Assembly (NCBI GenBank): GCA_963723515.1 | Contig: CAVRQT010000003.1 | Coordinates: 800,001 to 864,000 of the forward strand | Reading direction: 5' to 3' | DNA: 64,000 nucleotides | Source: Vulcanimicrobiota bacterium | GTDB lineage: Bacteria > Vulcanimicrobiota > Vulcanimicrobiia > Vulcanimicrobiales > Vulcanimicrobiaceae | Notes under the pieces: generated by a model | Seen by the model: the letters and a program-made list of their open reading frames with translations, nothing else | Database searches by the model: none | Told to the model about the DNA's origin: nothing | Made by a program: the position numbers and the translations under genes | In this document: in pieces, positions 42,525 through 52,294 of the stretch | How the letters are laid out: each line of letters opens with the position of its first letter | How positions within the stretch are numbered: position 1 is the stretch's first letter

Positions 42525-42797
42525 TCAGTGATAGAAATAAGGATCTAAAACCGACACCGGCACGATTGAATCTACCGGCAGCCCGTTTTTCTCGGCCGCC
42601 TCTGCGATCGCGGCCTCATTCGGTCCGTCGTAGATGCAGTACGTCTTCCTCTTATCTTGTGTCACGTATGAGTGGACCCAGGTCACGCCGCCGGAACCGT
42701 TTTTATCAACAATCGCCAGACACGCTTTAGCGCCGTCGCTCGTTATCGGTACATCGAGACCGCTTGGAAATGTTCGCTCAACCATGAATCTCGGCAT
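42525..42797 (-). CDS. DUF4242 family protein
   Basis: MPRFMVERTFP, VTWVHSYV, KTYCIYDGP, LPVDSI, VLDPYFY. Confidence 0.88.
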   Translation of the reverse strand: MPRFMVERTFPSGLDVPITSDGAKACLAIVDKNGSGGVTWVHSYVTQDKRKTYCIYDGPNEAAIAEAAEKNGLPVDSIVPVSVLDPYFYH

Positions 42798-42875
42798 AGC
42801 AACTCCTCTTCAATTCGCCTTCGCGGCATGTTCCGCACTTCTCTCAGAGTCCTGTCAGGATAGGGGCGTAGGGTC

Positions 42876-43719
42876 GTGGCGATGATTAGCGTGCCGCAGC
42901 AGGCGCCTCGCCGGCGGCGATGGCGCAGCGTCGTTGCATTCTTCAGCGGCTCTACGCTGTTGCACTTGACGCTTCTGCCACTGCTCATCACGTCTGCTCG
43001 GCCTGCGCATTTTCAATCCGGCGTTCCAGCCGGAAGTCTATCACGTCAGCTCTTCCGCGATTCGGATCGAGCGCATGACGCGTCCCATGCCGCACGCTAT
43101 TCCAAGACCGCGCCCGCTGCCGCACGTCCACCCGATCGTTCAACCACGTGAAATTGTACACAAAGCTGTGCCGAAAGCAGAACCCACCTCTGTTCCTGTA
43201 CAAATCGCGTATCAGCCGCGCATACGCGTGACTCCAGTACAGAGACTACCGCATCAGCAGATCGATCCCAAGACGCTCGCGGCGCAAGAACGGACATATG
43301 CTGCAACGATCGCAGCAGCGCAGGCCGCGAGCAATCCGCTCAGCATTTCAAAGTCGGAGCGCTCTGCGACGACGCTTTCGCGCGTCAACTACAACTTTGC
43401 CGGCTCAGAAGCACCGGCCCAGCGCGGTGACGGCATCCTGTATCCCGTCAAACGGTGGACGGACGGCAGATTTGTTTACTACTACCTGCGATACACCGTG
43501 CATTATGCGAGCGGGGATTACGAAGCCGGAGATGTGCCTTGGCCGGTTCACTACACAATGAGCGATGACCCATTTGCGGAAGGTATCAGCGAGCACATTC
43601 CGCTTCCAGGGCCGGCGCCGAATTTCGTCGCCTCAAACGACACGGTAATGAAGCCCTTGATCGCGCACTGCTATCGGTTGCGGGAACAATACTGCGAGAT
43701 CATGCCCTCGCCGCAATAG
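42876..43719 (+). CDS. Membrane-anchored Pro-rich hypothetical protein (TonB-like architecture; frameshifted)
   Basis: N-terminal TM 'STLLHLTLLPLL', Pro-rich linker, globular C-terminus. Confidence 0.55.
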
Positions 43720-43725
43720 CGGGCC

Positions 43726-44517
43726 TTAGCTAAAGTACGTCGCCGGTAATGTGTCGGGAAATTTAAAGCTCGAGTAATAGTACTCGCCGAAGAAATCCGA
43801 GTATTGCGCGAACTCGTGGTAGCGATATTTCCACGTCACATGATTGATGACGACATACTGACCCACTTGGTCAAGTTCGATTTGAAATTGCGCTAAGCGC
43901 GGCGTACGCTGATCGTCCAAAGCGATCGGTAGCGTTCCGCTCAAATCCACTTTCCAAATCTCCGCGCTGACGGTATCGATCCAGAGGCCGTGCAACGCGG
44001 GGCGCTCGGGATGCGTGCTTTCGAATGACAGGCGAAAGGTTTGGTGCCCGCGATAGTTTTCGATACCCTCGACCGTGCACGTCAATCCATCGGAATTATG
44101 GGCACGCACTTCACCGATTAACGGTGGTGATGGCGCCTCAGGCGCGGGCACGGGAAGCCAGACGCTGCGCCTTGATCCATACGGACCAAGTTCGGGCGGT
44201 CCGGGATCGCTCGCGCGCGTTACGTACGGATCGTACCCGAAGCGCTCATCCCAAACGCGCGACACGCCATCGTCGCGATAGGCGACGCTTTCGTGATTGC
44301 GAATGAGCGGATCGCCGTTGTCGGTCACGAGCGACAGCTCGTTATACACAACAAACGGCGGATGAGTAGCCGCCGCACGATGGCGCAACGCGCCATAGAC
44401 GATGTCCCAACAATTCGGCAGCGGATCGGCGACGGCTCGAGCGCACGCGAACGTCGCAAGCAAAAAAGCCGCCAAGAGGACCGATCCCAAACGCTTTGCG
44501 TTCACGCGGTGTTGCAT
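43726..44517 (-). CDS. Secreted hypothetical protein
   Basis: Signal peptide; beta-rich 'YRGHQTFRLSF...LHGLWIDT' LolA-like pattern (tentative). Confidence 0.7.
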   Translation of the reverse strand: MQHRVNAKRLGSVLLAAFLLATFACARAVADPLPNCWDIVYGALRHRAAATHPPFVVYNELSLVTDNGDPLIRNHESVAYRDDGVSRVWDERFGYDPYVTRASDPGPPELGPYGSRRSVWLPVPAPEAPSPPLIGEVRAHNSDGLTCTVEGIENYRGHQTFRLSFESTHPERPALHGLWIDTVSAEIWKVDLSGTLPIALDDQRTPRLAQFQIELDQVGQYVVINHVTWKYRYHEFAQYSDFFGEYYYSSFKFPDTLPATYFS

Positions 44518-44604
44518 GGCCTCGTGCCTTGCCGTTATTATGAGCCGGACACGACCGCTTCGCAAGGGCCACCGCTTGCTTAAGCGGTAGAGGCGCTGAG
44601 TCTC

Positions 44605-44677
44605 GGGGATGTAGCTCAGCTGGTAGAGCGCCTGCTTTGCAAGCAGGAAGTCAGGGGTTCGAGTCCCCTCATCTCCA
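44605..44677 (+). tRNA. tRNA-Ala(TGC), CCA not encoded
   Basis: GGGGATG/CATCTCC with G3:U70; CCTGC-TTTGCAA-GCAGG anticodon arm. Confidence 0.96.
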
Positions 44678-44712
44678 CTTCGATTCCACTTCACTTCGAT
44701 TCCACTTCGATC
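44674..44712 (+). repeat. Short tandem repeat (TCCACTTCGAT) at the tRNA 3' end
   Basis: tccacttcgat-tccactt-cacttcgat-tccacttcgat. Confidence 0.7.
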
Positions 44713-44889
44713 TGCGGAGCAACTAAACCGGCGAAACGGCAAGAAACAGCTGCCTCATCGCGAACGATTATGCAGCGCTCGCTTCCTTGCTAGGGCAAGG
44801 CCGCGACGCAGGCGAGCGGCCGCTTCCACTAGCCGCGAGACGCATTCATTCACACAGCGTCATTCATCTCGCTACGAAAGGATCGCACC

Positions 44890-45327
44890 ATGAGATCAGT
44901 CGGACTGATCTTCGCCGCGTTTGTACTAGCTCTAAGTGCACCAGCATGGGCTACGGGAAACCTTCGGATCCAGCAGAGCGACGGTTCCGTGCAAACCTAC
45001 ACCGGCGTGACCATGAAAGTAGCCAACAAATCGCTGACTTTGATATCTGCCGACAAAGTCTCGACGGTTGTCATCAGCGGTGCCGCTTGCGCTCACAACC
45101 GCGCAATCATAAAGTGCACCGGCGGAGGCTTCTCACTGCTTCAGGATAGGCAACGGCACATGGTTCCGTTCAAGGCGGCGACGTTTTACTTCAATACAAG
45201 CGGCCAGAGTCAACCGCTACCCGCTTCAACAAACACAATTGCTCCCTACTCGGTAGTCTTTGCGGTGCTCACCGCCAAGGGAACGCATGTGACCGGGAGC
45301 GGAAAGCTCGATCAGGAGTCCAAATAA
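44890..45327 (+). CDS. Secreted beta-rich hypothetical protein
   Basis: Signal peptide ending APAWA; two Cys; AAGGA SD. Confidence 0.8.
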   Translation: MRSVGLIFAAFVLALSAPAWATGNLRIQQSDGSVQTYTGVTMKVANKSLTLISADKVSTVVISGAACAHNRAIIKCTGGGFSLLQDRQRHMVPFKAATFYFNTSGQSQPLPASTNTIAPYSVVFAVLTAKGTHVTGSGKLDQESK

Positions 45328-46082
45328 TGAGGAACGTATCGATTATTCTCATCGCGGCACTAGCAATTGCACCATTGGCGGCCGATGCCCAACGAGGCGC
45401 CCGCGCGCCGCGGGCGGCGGCTCCGAACCAAGGTCGCGGCTTTAACCTCAGTCGCGACGTTCCGGCTCAGAGAGTCAGCGCCCCCAATACGGTTCCCGCC
45501 CGCAATCCGAACACGAATGCCGGGGCGGTGCAGACGAGAAACGGCGGCGCATACAACGGTCGCAACACCGCCGGAGCATACAATCGAAATACTGGAAACG
45601 CCGCAGTGTATAACAAGAACACCGGAAATATGAACGTGTACAATAGGAGCACCGGCACCGCGTCGAGGTACCACTACAATACGAACGGCCGCAACGGCTA
45701 TTACTACCGTGGACCCGTTATCGTGAACCCGATCTACAGAGGGCCCGCCTGGGGATGGAATCGCGGGGTCGTCTGGGCGCCGGTAGGAGGGTATTGGGGC
45801 GGCGGATTCTGGGGGCCCTTTGCAGCAGGCGCAGCGGCGGCAGCCGTCATGGGTCGCGTAGTCTATGCGAATCAGACTTATACGTCGTACCATGTTAGCC
45901 CCGGCAGCCCGGGCGCAACGTTGCTATCGAATTATGGGTCCAACAAGTAACCGTGCGGACCCGCCGGATTGGTCGTCATCTACGGGCCTAATTTCGGTGT
46001 GATCTGCGCGAATCCGAACGGTCGCATCGCCGCCGGCAGCTACGCAGTAAATGTTGACAACCTAACGCTTCAATCACAATAA
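45327..46082 (+). CDS. Secreted Asn/Gly/Tyr-repeat protein (frameshift near 45940)
   Basis: Signal peptide; YNxNTG-like repeats; WGWNRG..W..YWGGGFWG; continuation 'PCGPAGLVVIYGP...VICA...LTLQSQ*'. Confidence 0.75.
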
Positions 46083-46108
46083 GCTCAAGGCAACCTTAAA
46101 CGCAGATG

Positions 46109-46137
46109 ACACGCCTGCCAGTCGGCAGGCGTGTTTG
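46109..46137. terminator. Rho-independent terminator between convergent genes
   Basis: Perfect 11-bp stem ACACGCCTGCC-AGTC-GGCAGGCGTGT followed by TT. Confidence 0.7.
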
Positions 46138-46140
46138 CAA

Positions 46141-46551
46141 TTACTGGTGCTTCTTTTTAGGGCTTGCCTTTTTCGGCGGCGCGTTGGTATTAGCGCCATA
46201 GTTCGCCGCGTTTATCTGAGCCTGCTGGATCTGAAGCAGCTGCAGATTCTGAATATAGCGGAAATCCTGGATCTGCTGATCGAGCGCTCCGCGGATCTGC
46301 AGCGCATTGAGGGCGCGCTGTGTCTCTAAGGTGTTCGCCTGTGCCTGCAGGTTCAGCGATTGCAAATCGAGCTGCCGCTGCATACCTTGCGAAATCTGCT
46401 GCCGTGCCAGCTCATTCTGCACCGCCGTCTGGGCCTGCTGCTGCAAGATGTTCTGCTGGACAACCCACCAAACGGGACCTTGGTCTGCTCGAACCATCGC
46501 GGGGACGATCATAAGAGACGCGAGCAGCGCGACGGCAAACGAACGCTTCAT
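46141..46551 (-). CDS. Secreted Gln-rich coiled-coil-like protein
   Basis: Signal peptide MKRSFAVALLASLMIVPAMVRA, then a Q/L/N-rich body. Confidence 0.75.
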   Translation of the reverse strand: MKRSFAVALLASLMIVPAMVRADQGPVWWVVQQNILQQQAQTAVQNELARQQISQGMQRQLDLQSLNLQAQANTLETQRALNALQIRGALDQQIQDFRYIQNLQLLQIQQAQINAANYGANTNAPPKKASPKKKHQ

Positions 46552-46555
46552 GCGA

Positions 46556-48277
46556 TCATTTTAGCAAAAGATCGCAAACACCGGAATACTGGCGGCGGTC
46601 GTGATCGACACCCGAACGCCAAAAGCTGTCGTCGCCCAGATAATCGCTGTGAATCCACATATGCCAGAGCGGACGGAAGAAGCTCGAGGACAAGCGCGCG
46701 TTTGCGCACACGACCCGCGGCTGGGACGCACGAGCACCGTGCGCACGTGCCGCCCTGCCGACGCGAATTGTCGACTGGTACGATGCAATCTCGTTTGCGA
46801 CGATGTCGTTGAAATACCAGTAATTCGCCCAAAAGATACCGTTCCGGTTATCGCCGTCGTCCAAGACCGAGGCGTCTTCCGTAAAGAGACGACCGTAAAC
46901 GTCATTGCGCCAGTGATCCGGCGACACTGACATGCTTGGTTGCCGCACATCAAAGAAAAACTTCGTCTTCTCCAGCGCCGCGCCGAATGTTATGAAGCCG
47001 CGCAACCGTTCCCAATCCGCTGCCGCCAGACCGTCTTCGGCGTAAAGCTCGTGCACGTTCAAAAGCGCATCCATGCTGATCGTTGAACCAAGGCTATGGC
47101 CGGCGACGAAAACCCGATCGTAAAGCGGTTGCGGAACCGCGGGCTCCTTCAACGTTGTTGCGGTTGTCACTTCGACCGTCGTCGCGGGCGCGTTTTGCGA
47201 TCGTAGGACTTGCAAAATGATCCCTTCCACCGTCGCAACAATTTCTTTGCGAAACTGGTAGAAGCGCGCATTTTCATCGTGCGTTGTATAAATCTGCACG
47301 TCGCCGAGAAAGTTCACGAAGAAGCCTTGCATCACGGAGATCGCGCCTCGGACCAATGCCACAAACGCCACCATCTCGATCGTTGAAAGAGCTAACACGT
47401 GATACGGATCCGGTACGAACGCATGCCAGATCGGTACATAAATCAAGCCCAGGAAGGCGACGGCCCCCAGCACCACGAGAAACCAAAACCGCCAAATTTC
47501 ATAGCGCCCAAAAATTGAGGAAGGCGTTGAGCCAGGGGTGATCTGCGCATGGATTTTGGACGCATTCAAACGCCGGCGCCACTCCGAAAACGCGTTGTAC
47601 GCTCCGATCGCAAGTTGAGTCGCCGCAAGCGCGCCGATAAAGATCACGACGACATAGCCAAGCGCACTGAGCGCAAAACCGGGCAAGGCGGTCGTGGGGT
47701 GGAGCACCATATCAATGATGCTCGGCACCTGGGAGACGCAGCGCTGATGTTCCGCGACGTTGGTAATTCCAGCACATTTCAATGCGACCGCTGCATGCGC
47801 GAAGACATTATATCCACTCACGCCGACGCGGGCCGCCACGGCTAACAGAACGATTGCAATGAGCAGCATCGCGGCGACATAGCCAAGATCGAAGAACGTC
47901 TTCCAAAAGCCGGCGTAGAGCTTGGCGCTCGCATTCAGGGGCGCGAATAACGCGCGCGACATCCAGGCAAGCACGCTTTGCGGCGTCGTCTGATTCTTGT
48001 CGATCGGACTCCAGTAGCCCTCAAAGATATCGAAGGCGTCTTGCTGTGGGTCGTCCGGCCGATCGCCGTCCTGCCAGATGCGTAACGCCGTTGCGTGGAC
48101 GTCTTCGGGTCCAGCGCTGGGCGTTGAAATCGGCGGCCAAAGGATCGAGGTGTGCCAATGGGCGCCGCCCGCGCTCCGTTCGTTCAGACGCGCCGCAAAT
48201 TCCGTCGTAAAGGCATCCTGAATCTGGTATCGCGGTGTCGGACAAACGCCATGGACGACGATGACGGCTGTTTTCAT
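46556..48277 (-). CDS. Membrane-embedded alpha/beta-hydrolase-like protein
   Basis: VIVVHGV, about 4 TM insert, FLGDVQIY, AGHSLGS nucleophile elbow, ITFGA, HSDY. Confidence 0.75.
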   Translation of the reverse strand: MKTAVIVVHGVCPTPRYQIQDAFTTEFAARLNERSAGGAHWHTSILWPPISTPSAGPEDVHATALRIWQDGDRPDDPQQDAFDIFEGYWSPIDKNQTTPQSVLAWMSRALFAPLNASAKLYAGFWKTFFDLGYVAAMLLIAIVLLAVAARVGVSGYNVFAHAAVALKCAGITNVAEHQRCVSQVPSIIDMVLHPTTALPGFALSALGYVVVIFIGALAATQLAIGAYNAFSEWRRRLNASKIHAQITPGSTPSSIFGRYEIWRFWFLVVLGAVAFLGLIYVPIWHAFVPDPYHVLALSTIEMVAFVALVRGAISVMQGFFVNFLGDVQIYTTHDENARFYQFRKEIVATVEGIILQVLRSQNAPATTVEVTTATTLKEPAVPQPLYDRVFVAGHSLGSTISMDALLNVHELYAEDGLAAADWERLRGFITFGAALEKTKFFFDVRQPSMSVSPDHWRNDVYGRLFTEDASVLDDGDNRNGIFWANYWYFNDIVANEIASYQSTIRVGRAARAHGARASQPRVVCANARLSSSFFRPLWHMWIHSDYLGDDSFWRSGVDHDRRQYSGVCDLLLK

Positions 48278-48292
48278 ACACGCATCCTCCGC

Positions 48293-48514
48293 TCATGAAG
48301 CATTACGCAACACGACCGTCAAAGCACTTTCTTCAGCGCGTACGACGGCGTCATCGTTAGCCTGACCAACCAACCACTGGAACTCTTCGGAAGCGCGCTG
48401 CCGCTAGTTCAGCACTCGGCTGTCACCCAGCCGAACTGCATGTAGCCTATACGTTCCGCTTCCGCACGGCCCGCGGGATACGCTAAGCGCGTCGATCTGC
48501 GTGCTTGCGTTCAT
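48293..48514 (-). CDS. Possible small protein (interrupted by an indel or stop)
   Basis: ATG 48514 'MNASTQIDALSVS...' fills the gap and ends at a TGA next to the GGAGG SD of the following gene. Confidence 0.3.
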
Positions 48515-48707
48515 CTCGGTTCTCGTTACGATCGGCCGGGTTCTCAGATAAGAAACGTGCGATAAAGTCGGCGATTGCGCCGGGGCTCGTGACGTAGATC
48601 GTCCGACCCGAGGGAACGTGCTGTATGGATGCACGCCAAGCTCGCGCTTCCAAGCCGTCGTCGGTCCACACCCGAACAAGAAAAAGACTTTCGTTCCGCG
48701 AGGACAT
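48483..48707 (-). CDS. Small hypothetical protein of the type found beside BTAD/STAND regulators
   Basis: 'FLVRVW...WRASIQHVPSGRTIY...IADFI' motif. Confidence 0.7.
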   Translation of the reverse strand: MSSRNESLFLVRVWTDDGLEARAWRASIQHVPSGRTIYVTSPGAIADFIARFLSENPADRNENRDERKHADRRA

Positions 48708-48714
48708 CAACCGT

Positions 48715-48745
48715 ACTGTACACGAGGGCCGTGCTACGGTCGTGC
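48715..48745 (-). promoter_or_regulatory. SARP-like direct heptamer repeats plus -10 box
   Basis: Minus strand GCACGAC-N4-GCACGGC-N7-TACAGT-N7-ATG. Confidence 0.5.
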
Positions 48746-48790
48746 CGGAGCCAGACTGGGTTGCTCGGGCGTACCGAGAAAATCGCCCCT

Positions 48791-51700
48791 GTGCTGCGCA
48801 TAAAACTCCTCGGCAACGCTCACCTGTCCGACGGGGATATCGAACTCAAGATCCCTAGCCGGCGATTGTCGCTGCCACTGCTCGCCTACCTTCTGTTGCA
48901 CCGAAATAAAGCGATCGCGCGATCGCATCTGGCTTTTACCTTGTGGCCGGATGATAGTGAGGAGCATGCGCTAGCGGAGTTGCGGCGACACATCTATCTG
49001 CTAGGAAAGGCGTTCGCGACAGTTTCAAGCGGGGGACCCTGGCTGCTGGCGGATACGGAAACCGTCGCCTGGAGCAAGGATGCGACGTACTGGCTGGACG
49101 TCGCCGAGTTCGAGCGCTGCAGTCAGGATGAAAGTTGTCGCGCTGATGCCGTGACGTTATACGACGGGGATCTGTTGCCCGACATTTACGACGATTGGCT
49201 CGTCAGCGAGCGTGAGCGGCTGAGGCGCCTGCTGCTTGACGACCTGTGGGCGTTGATCCTCGCACGCCGAAGTGATCGCGCCTTTAGCGAGGCCCAGCAT
49301 TTTGCGCAGCGGTTGCTGGATGTCGATCCGTGGCGCGAAGACGCATTGCGCCAACTGATGTCCATCCGCTACGAATCAGGAGATGCAGCCGGTGCGCTGG
49401 CCGCTTTCGATCGTTTCGCGCAGAGGCTTCGAGCCGAAATGGACGTTGAACCGATGCCGGAAACGCTCGCGTTACGCCATGCCATTGTGCGCGGCGCCCC
49501 CGTCGAAGCCGCGCCAAAATCCGAAGAAGCACGGGTGCTCCCGCTTCGCGGACCATTCGTTGGACGCGCATCCGAGCTCGAACAACTGCGTGCCGTTTGG
49601 CGTCGTGCTGCACGAGGCCATGGCTCCGTTGCCGTCGTTTCCGGGGAAGCAGGCATCGGCAAAACACGACTTGTTGGCGAACTCGCTCTGGCGGCCGAGA
49701 GCGAAGGTGCGCGGGTGCTCTTCGGGTCCACAAGTTTTCCGGAGCACGAGCCATACCAGTGCATCGCCAGTGCGCTGCGCTCAAATCTCCCGCTTCTTGC
49801 GAATCTTAGCTTATCGCCTTCGCTGTTGGGGATCATCGCGAAGATCGTTCCCGAACTGCGCTCCGGGCGCCCCGACCTGCCTCTGCCTGTGCCTTTGACG
49901 GACGAGTCAGAAAAATCTCGACTGTTGGACGCCGTGGCTCAAGCGATGATTGCGCTGGCGCGCCCGCGACCCATGGTACTCATTCTCGAGGATCTCCATT
50001 GGTCCGGATACGCAACCGTCGAAGCCGTCGCGTCGCTTGCGAACCGTATTGCGGCAACTCCAATCTTAATCGTCCTCACGTATCGCGAAGAACAGGTGGG
50101 ACGCGCGCATCCGTTGCGGCGTTTGGAGCACGGTCTGCAGAGCGCTCATTTGACGAGCCGCGTAACGCTCGAGGGGCTAAAGCCTGAAGCGGTTGGCGAG
50201 TTAGTGACCGCGATTGTCCCGGGACGCAATGACGCCGCCGAAATGGTGCGATCGGTGTTCGAAACGAGCGAAGGTAATCCGCTGTTTGTAACGGAGATTT
50301 TGCGCAACATCGCTGGAAACGGCAATCGGGATGAATTGCCACGGAGCATCCGTGCGGCAATCGCCGATCGCTTAAACACTCTTGAACCGGCAACACGCGC
50401 GATCGGCGAGATCGCTGCGGTCGCGGGACAAGCGTTTACCATAGAGCTGGTACGCGAAACAGCCGGAGTCTCGGAATCTGAAGTATTGCAAGCGCTCGAT
50501 GAACTGCTGGAGCGGCATTTGGTGCGCGAAGTTAGCGCCAAGAACCGTTTCGATTACGCGTTCACGCATCACCTAATTCAAAGCGCCATCTACGAAGAGG
50601 TCGAACCCAAGTCTCGCCGGAGGCGGCATGGCCGTATTGCGCGCGTGCTGCAAGATTTGTATCCGGAGGTCGCGGCAGAGATGGCGGCCGAGATCGCATT
50701 TCATCTGGACCGCGCCGGTGACGTCGAGAGTGCAGCGCAGCACTACGCTGTTGCTGCCCGTCATGCGGCAGACTTGTATGCGAACGACGACGCTCGCGCA
50801 CTGGCGGAGCGCGCTTTGGAACTCCACCCGGGAGCCGATCGGCTGCGCTATGAACTGCTGCTCGTTTGCGAATCGATCGATTCTCGATTAGGAGAGAAGG
50901 CAAAGCAGAAAAGCCGGCTGGAAGCTCTTGAGGCGCTGGTTCCCGTGCTGGATGAACGTGCATCGGCCGAGGTCCTAATGCGTCGGATCGAATGTGCATT
51001 TCGCAACAACGATCGCAGCGAGGAGCTGCTCGCCATTGAAAAGCTGCGAGAACGCGCGCTGGCGGCGCACAATGCGTCATGGCTGGCCTTTTCGATGGAG
51101 GCGTTGGCGCAGCGCAAGCTTGCGACGTTCGACTACAGCGGGGCTCTTGCTGACGCAGAGTCGGCCTTCAGAAGTTATCAGCAACAAGGCAGTTCCGCCG
51201 GTTGCGTGCGCAGCCGCGCCATTGCGTCGTCGGCTGCAGCCGGGGCTGGAGATGCAGAAGGGGCCGCGCAGTACGTCGATCAAGCGATTGCAATTGCCGA
51301 ACGTAGCGGGGAACCGGCGCTGCTGGTGCGAGCTCTGCAAACTGCAGCTACTACGGCTCAGCAACGCCAGGACTACGTGCGTTTCGCCGAGTTTGCCGAA
51401 CGAGCACTCGTGCTCTGCCGCACAATCGGCGACCGCGAAGCTGAGGGATTCGCGCACAATCAGATTGGCACGGCGAACTGGTCGCTTTGGCGGCCGGAAA
51501 TAGCCTTTGCTCATCTACGCAAAGCAGTCGACGTCTTCACGTCAGTCGGAAGTACGCGCTTGGCGGTAGCGCTGACCAATTTGGGCGGCTTCTTGATGGA
51601 GCTTGGGGAGTTTGAGGCTTCTGCTACGACTTCAGAGCGCGCACACAGACTGGCGTTGGAGGAGCATCTCTATGACGCAGCAGGCGTTGCTCTGAGCAAC

Positions 51701-52294
51701 CTTGCCGAGTTGGCTCGATTCCGCGGCCGCGTTAAGGATCTCCGGGCCGTGGCGGACCGGATGGCAAACGCGCCATGGCGCGTTGCGGCGCCGCGCCAAG
51801 AAGCGATTTTCCTGGAGATTCAGGGCTGGCTGCTGCGCGCTACTGGGAAGTTCGAAGCCTCGCTGCAAGCTTTCAATGAAGTAAAACGGCGTCATTTGGA
51901 GTTGGGGCGTCTGCTCGACGCGCGGGAGGCCTTAGACGATTATGCTCTTGCGCTGCTCGGTGCCGGGCGTTATGCAGACGCGGTTGCCGCGCTTAGCGAA
52001 GCGAACGACCTGCGCGGGCAGCCGAACATGCTGATATATGAAACGCTGCACTATTGGATCACGGCGCTCGTGCATCACGCGGTGGATGACGTTCCAAAAA
52101 CCACGGAGGCCCTGGCCCGCGCCAAAGCTTTGTTCGAGGTGCGTCGTGCTGCGATCGAAGCACCCGAGATCCGCGCCAGGTTTGAAACCATACCACACCA
52201 TGTGGCATTGGTTGCCGCGTCCGAGCGCAACGTTTGGCCGGCACACGGAGCCATTGCTGGCCCCGCAAACAGCGTGCCGGACGATCAACGATAG
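48791..52294 (+). CDS. AfsR/SARP-type regulator: wHTH-BTAD-STAND ATPase-TPR
   Basis: LRIKLLG, LWPD, DVAEFE, DPWREDALRQLM, FVGRASEL, GEAGIGKTRL, LEDLHW, EGNPLFVTE, FTHHLI, TPR-like C-terminus. Confidence 0.93.
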   Translation: MLRIKLLGNAHLSDGDIELKIPSRRLSLPLLAYLLLHRNKAIARSHLAFTLWPDDSEEHALAELRRHIYLLGKAFATVSSGGPWLLADTETVAWSKDATYWLDVAEFERCSQDESCRADAVTLYDGDLLPDIYDDWLVSERERLRRLLLDDLWALILARRSDRAFSEAQHFAQRLLDVDPWREDALRQLMSIRYESGDAAGALAAFDRFAQRLRAEMDVEPMPETLALRHAIVRGAPVEAAPKSEEARVLPLRGPFVGRASELEQLRAVWRRAARGHGSVAVVSGEAGIGKTRLVGELALAAESEGARVLFGSTSFPEHEPYQCIASALRSNLPLLANLSLSPSLLGIIAKIVPELRSGRPDLPLPVPLTDESEKSRLLDAVAQAMIALARPRPMVLILEDLHWSGYATVEAVASLANRIAATPILIVLTYREEQVGRAHPLRRLEHGLQSAHLTSRVTLEGLKPEAVGELVTAIVPGRNDAAEMVRSVFETSEGNPLFVTEILRNIAGNGNRDELPRSIRAAIADRLNTLEPATRAIGEIAAVAGQAFTIELVRETAGVSESEVLQALDELLERHLVREVSAKNRFDYAFTHHLIQSAIYEEVEPKSRRRRHGRIARVLQDLYPEVAAEMAAEIAFHLDRAGDVESAAQHYAVAARHAADLYANDDARALAERALELHPGADRLRYELLLVCESIDSRLGEKAKQKSRLEALEALVPVLDERASAEVLMRRIECAFRNNDRSEELLAIEKLRERALAAHNASWLAFSMEALAQRKLATFDYSGALADAESAFRSYQQQGSSAGCVRSRAIASSAAAGAGDAEGAAQYVDQAIAIAERSGEPALLVRALQTAATTAQQRQDYVRFAEFAERALVLCRTIGDREAEGFAHNQIGTANWSLWRPEIAFAHLRKAVDVFTSVGSTRLAVALTNLGGFLMELGEFEASATTSERAHRLALEEHLYDAAGVALSNLAELARFRGRVKDLRAVADRMANAPWRVAAPRQEAIFLEIQGWLLRATGKFEASLQAFNEVKRRHLELGRLLDAREALDDYALALLGAGRYADAVAALSEANDLRGQPNMLIYETLHYWITALVHHAVDDVPKTTEALARAKALFEVRRAAIEAPEIRARFETIPHHVALVAASERNVWPAHGAIAGPANSVPDDQR

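Noticed and set aside
44518..44742. N-terminal extension of ORF 43726..44742
   Set aside because: It runs antisense through tRNA-Ala; the real start is near 44517.
48404..48406. In-frame TAG as pyrrolysine/readthrough
   Set aside because: There is no supporting machinery in the window, and the high indel rate explains it more simply.
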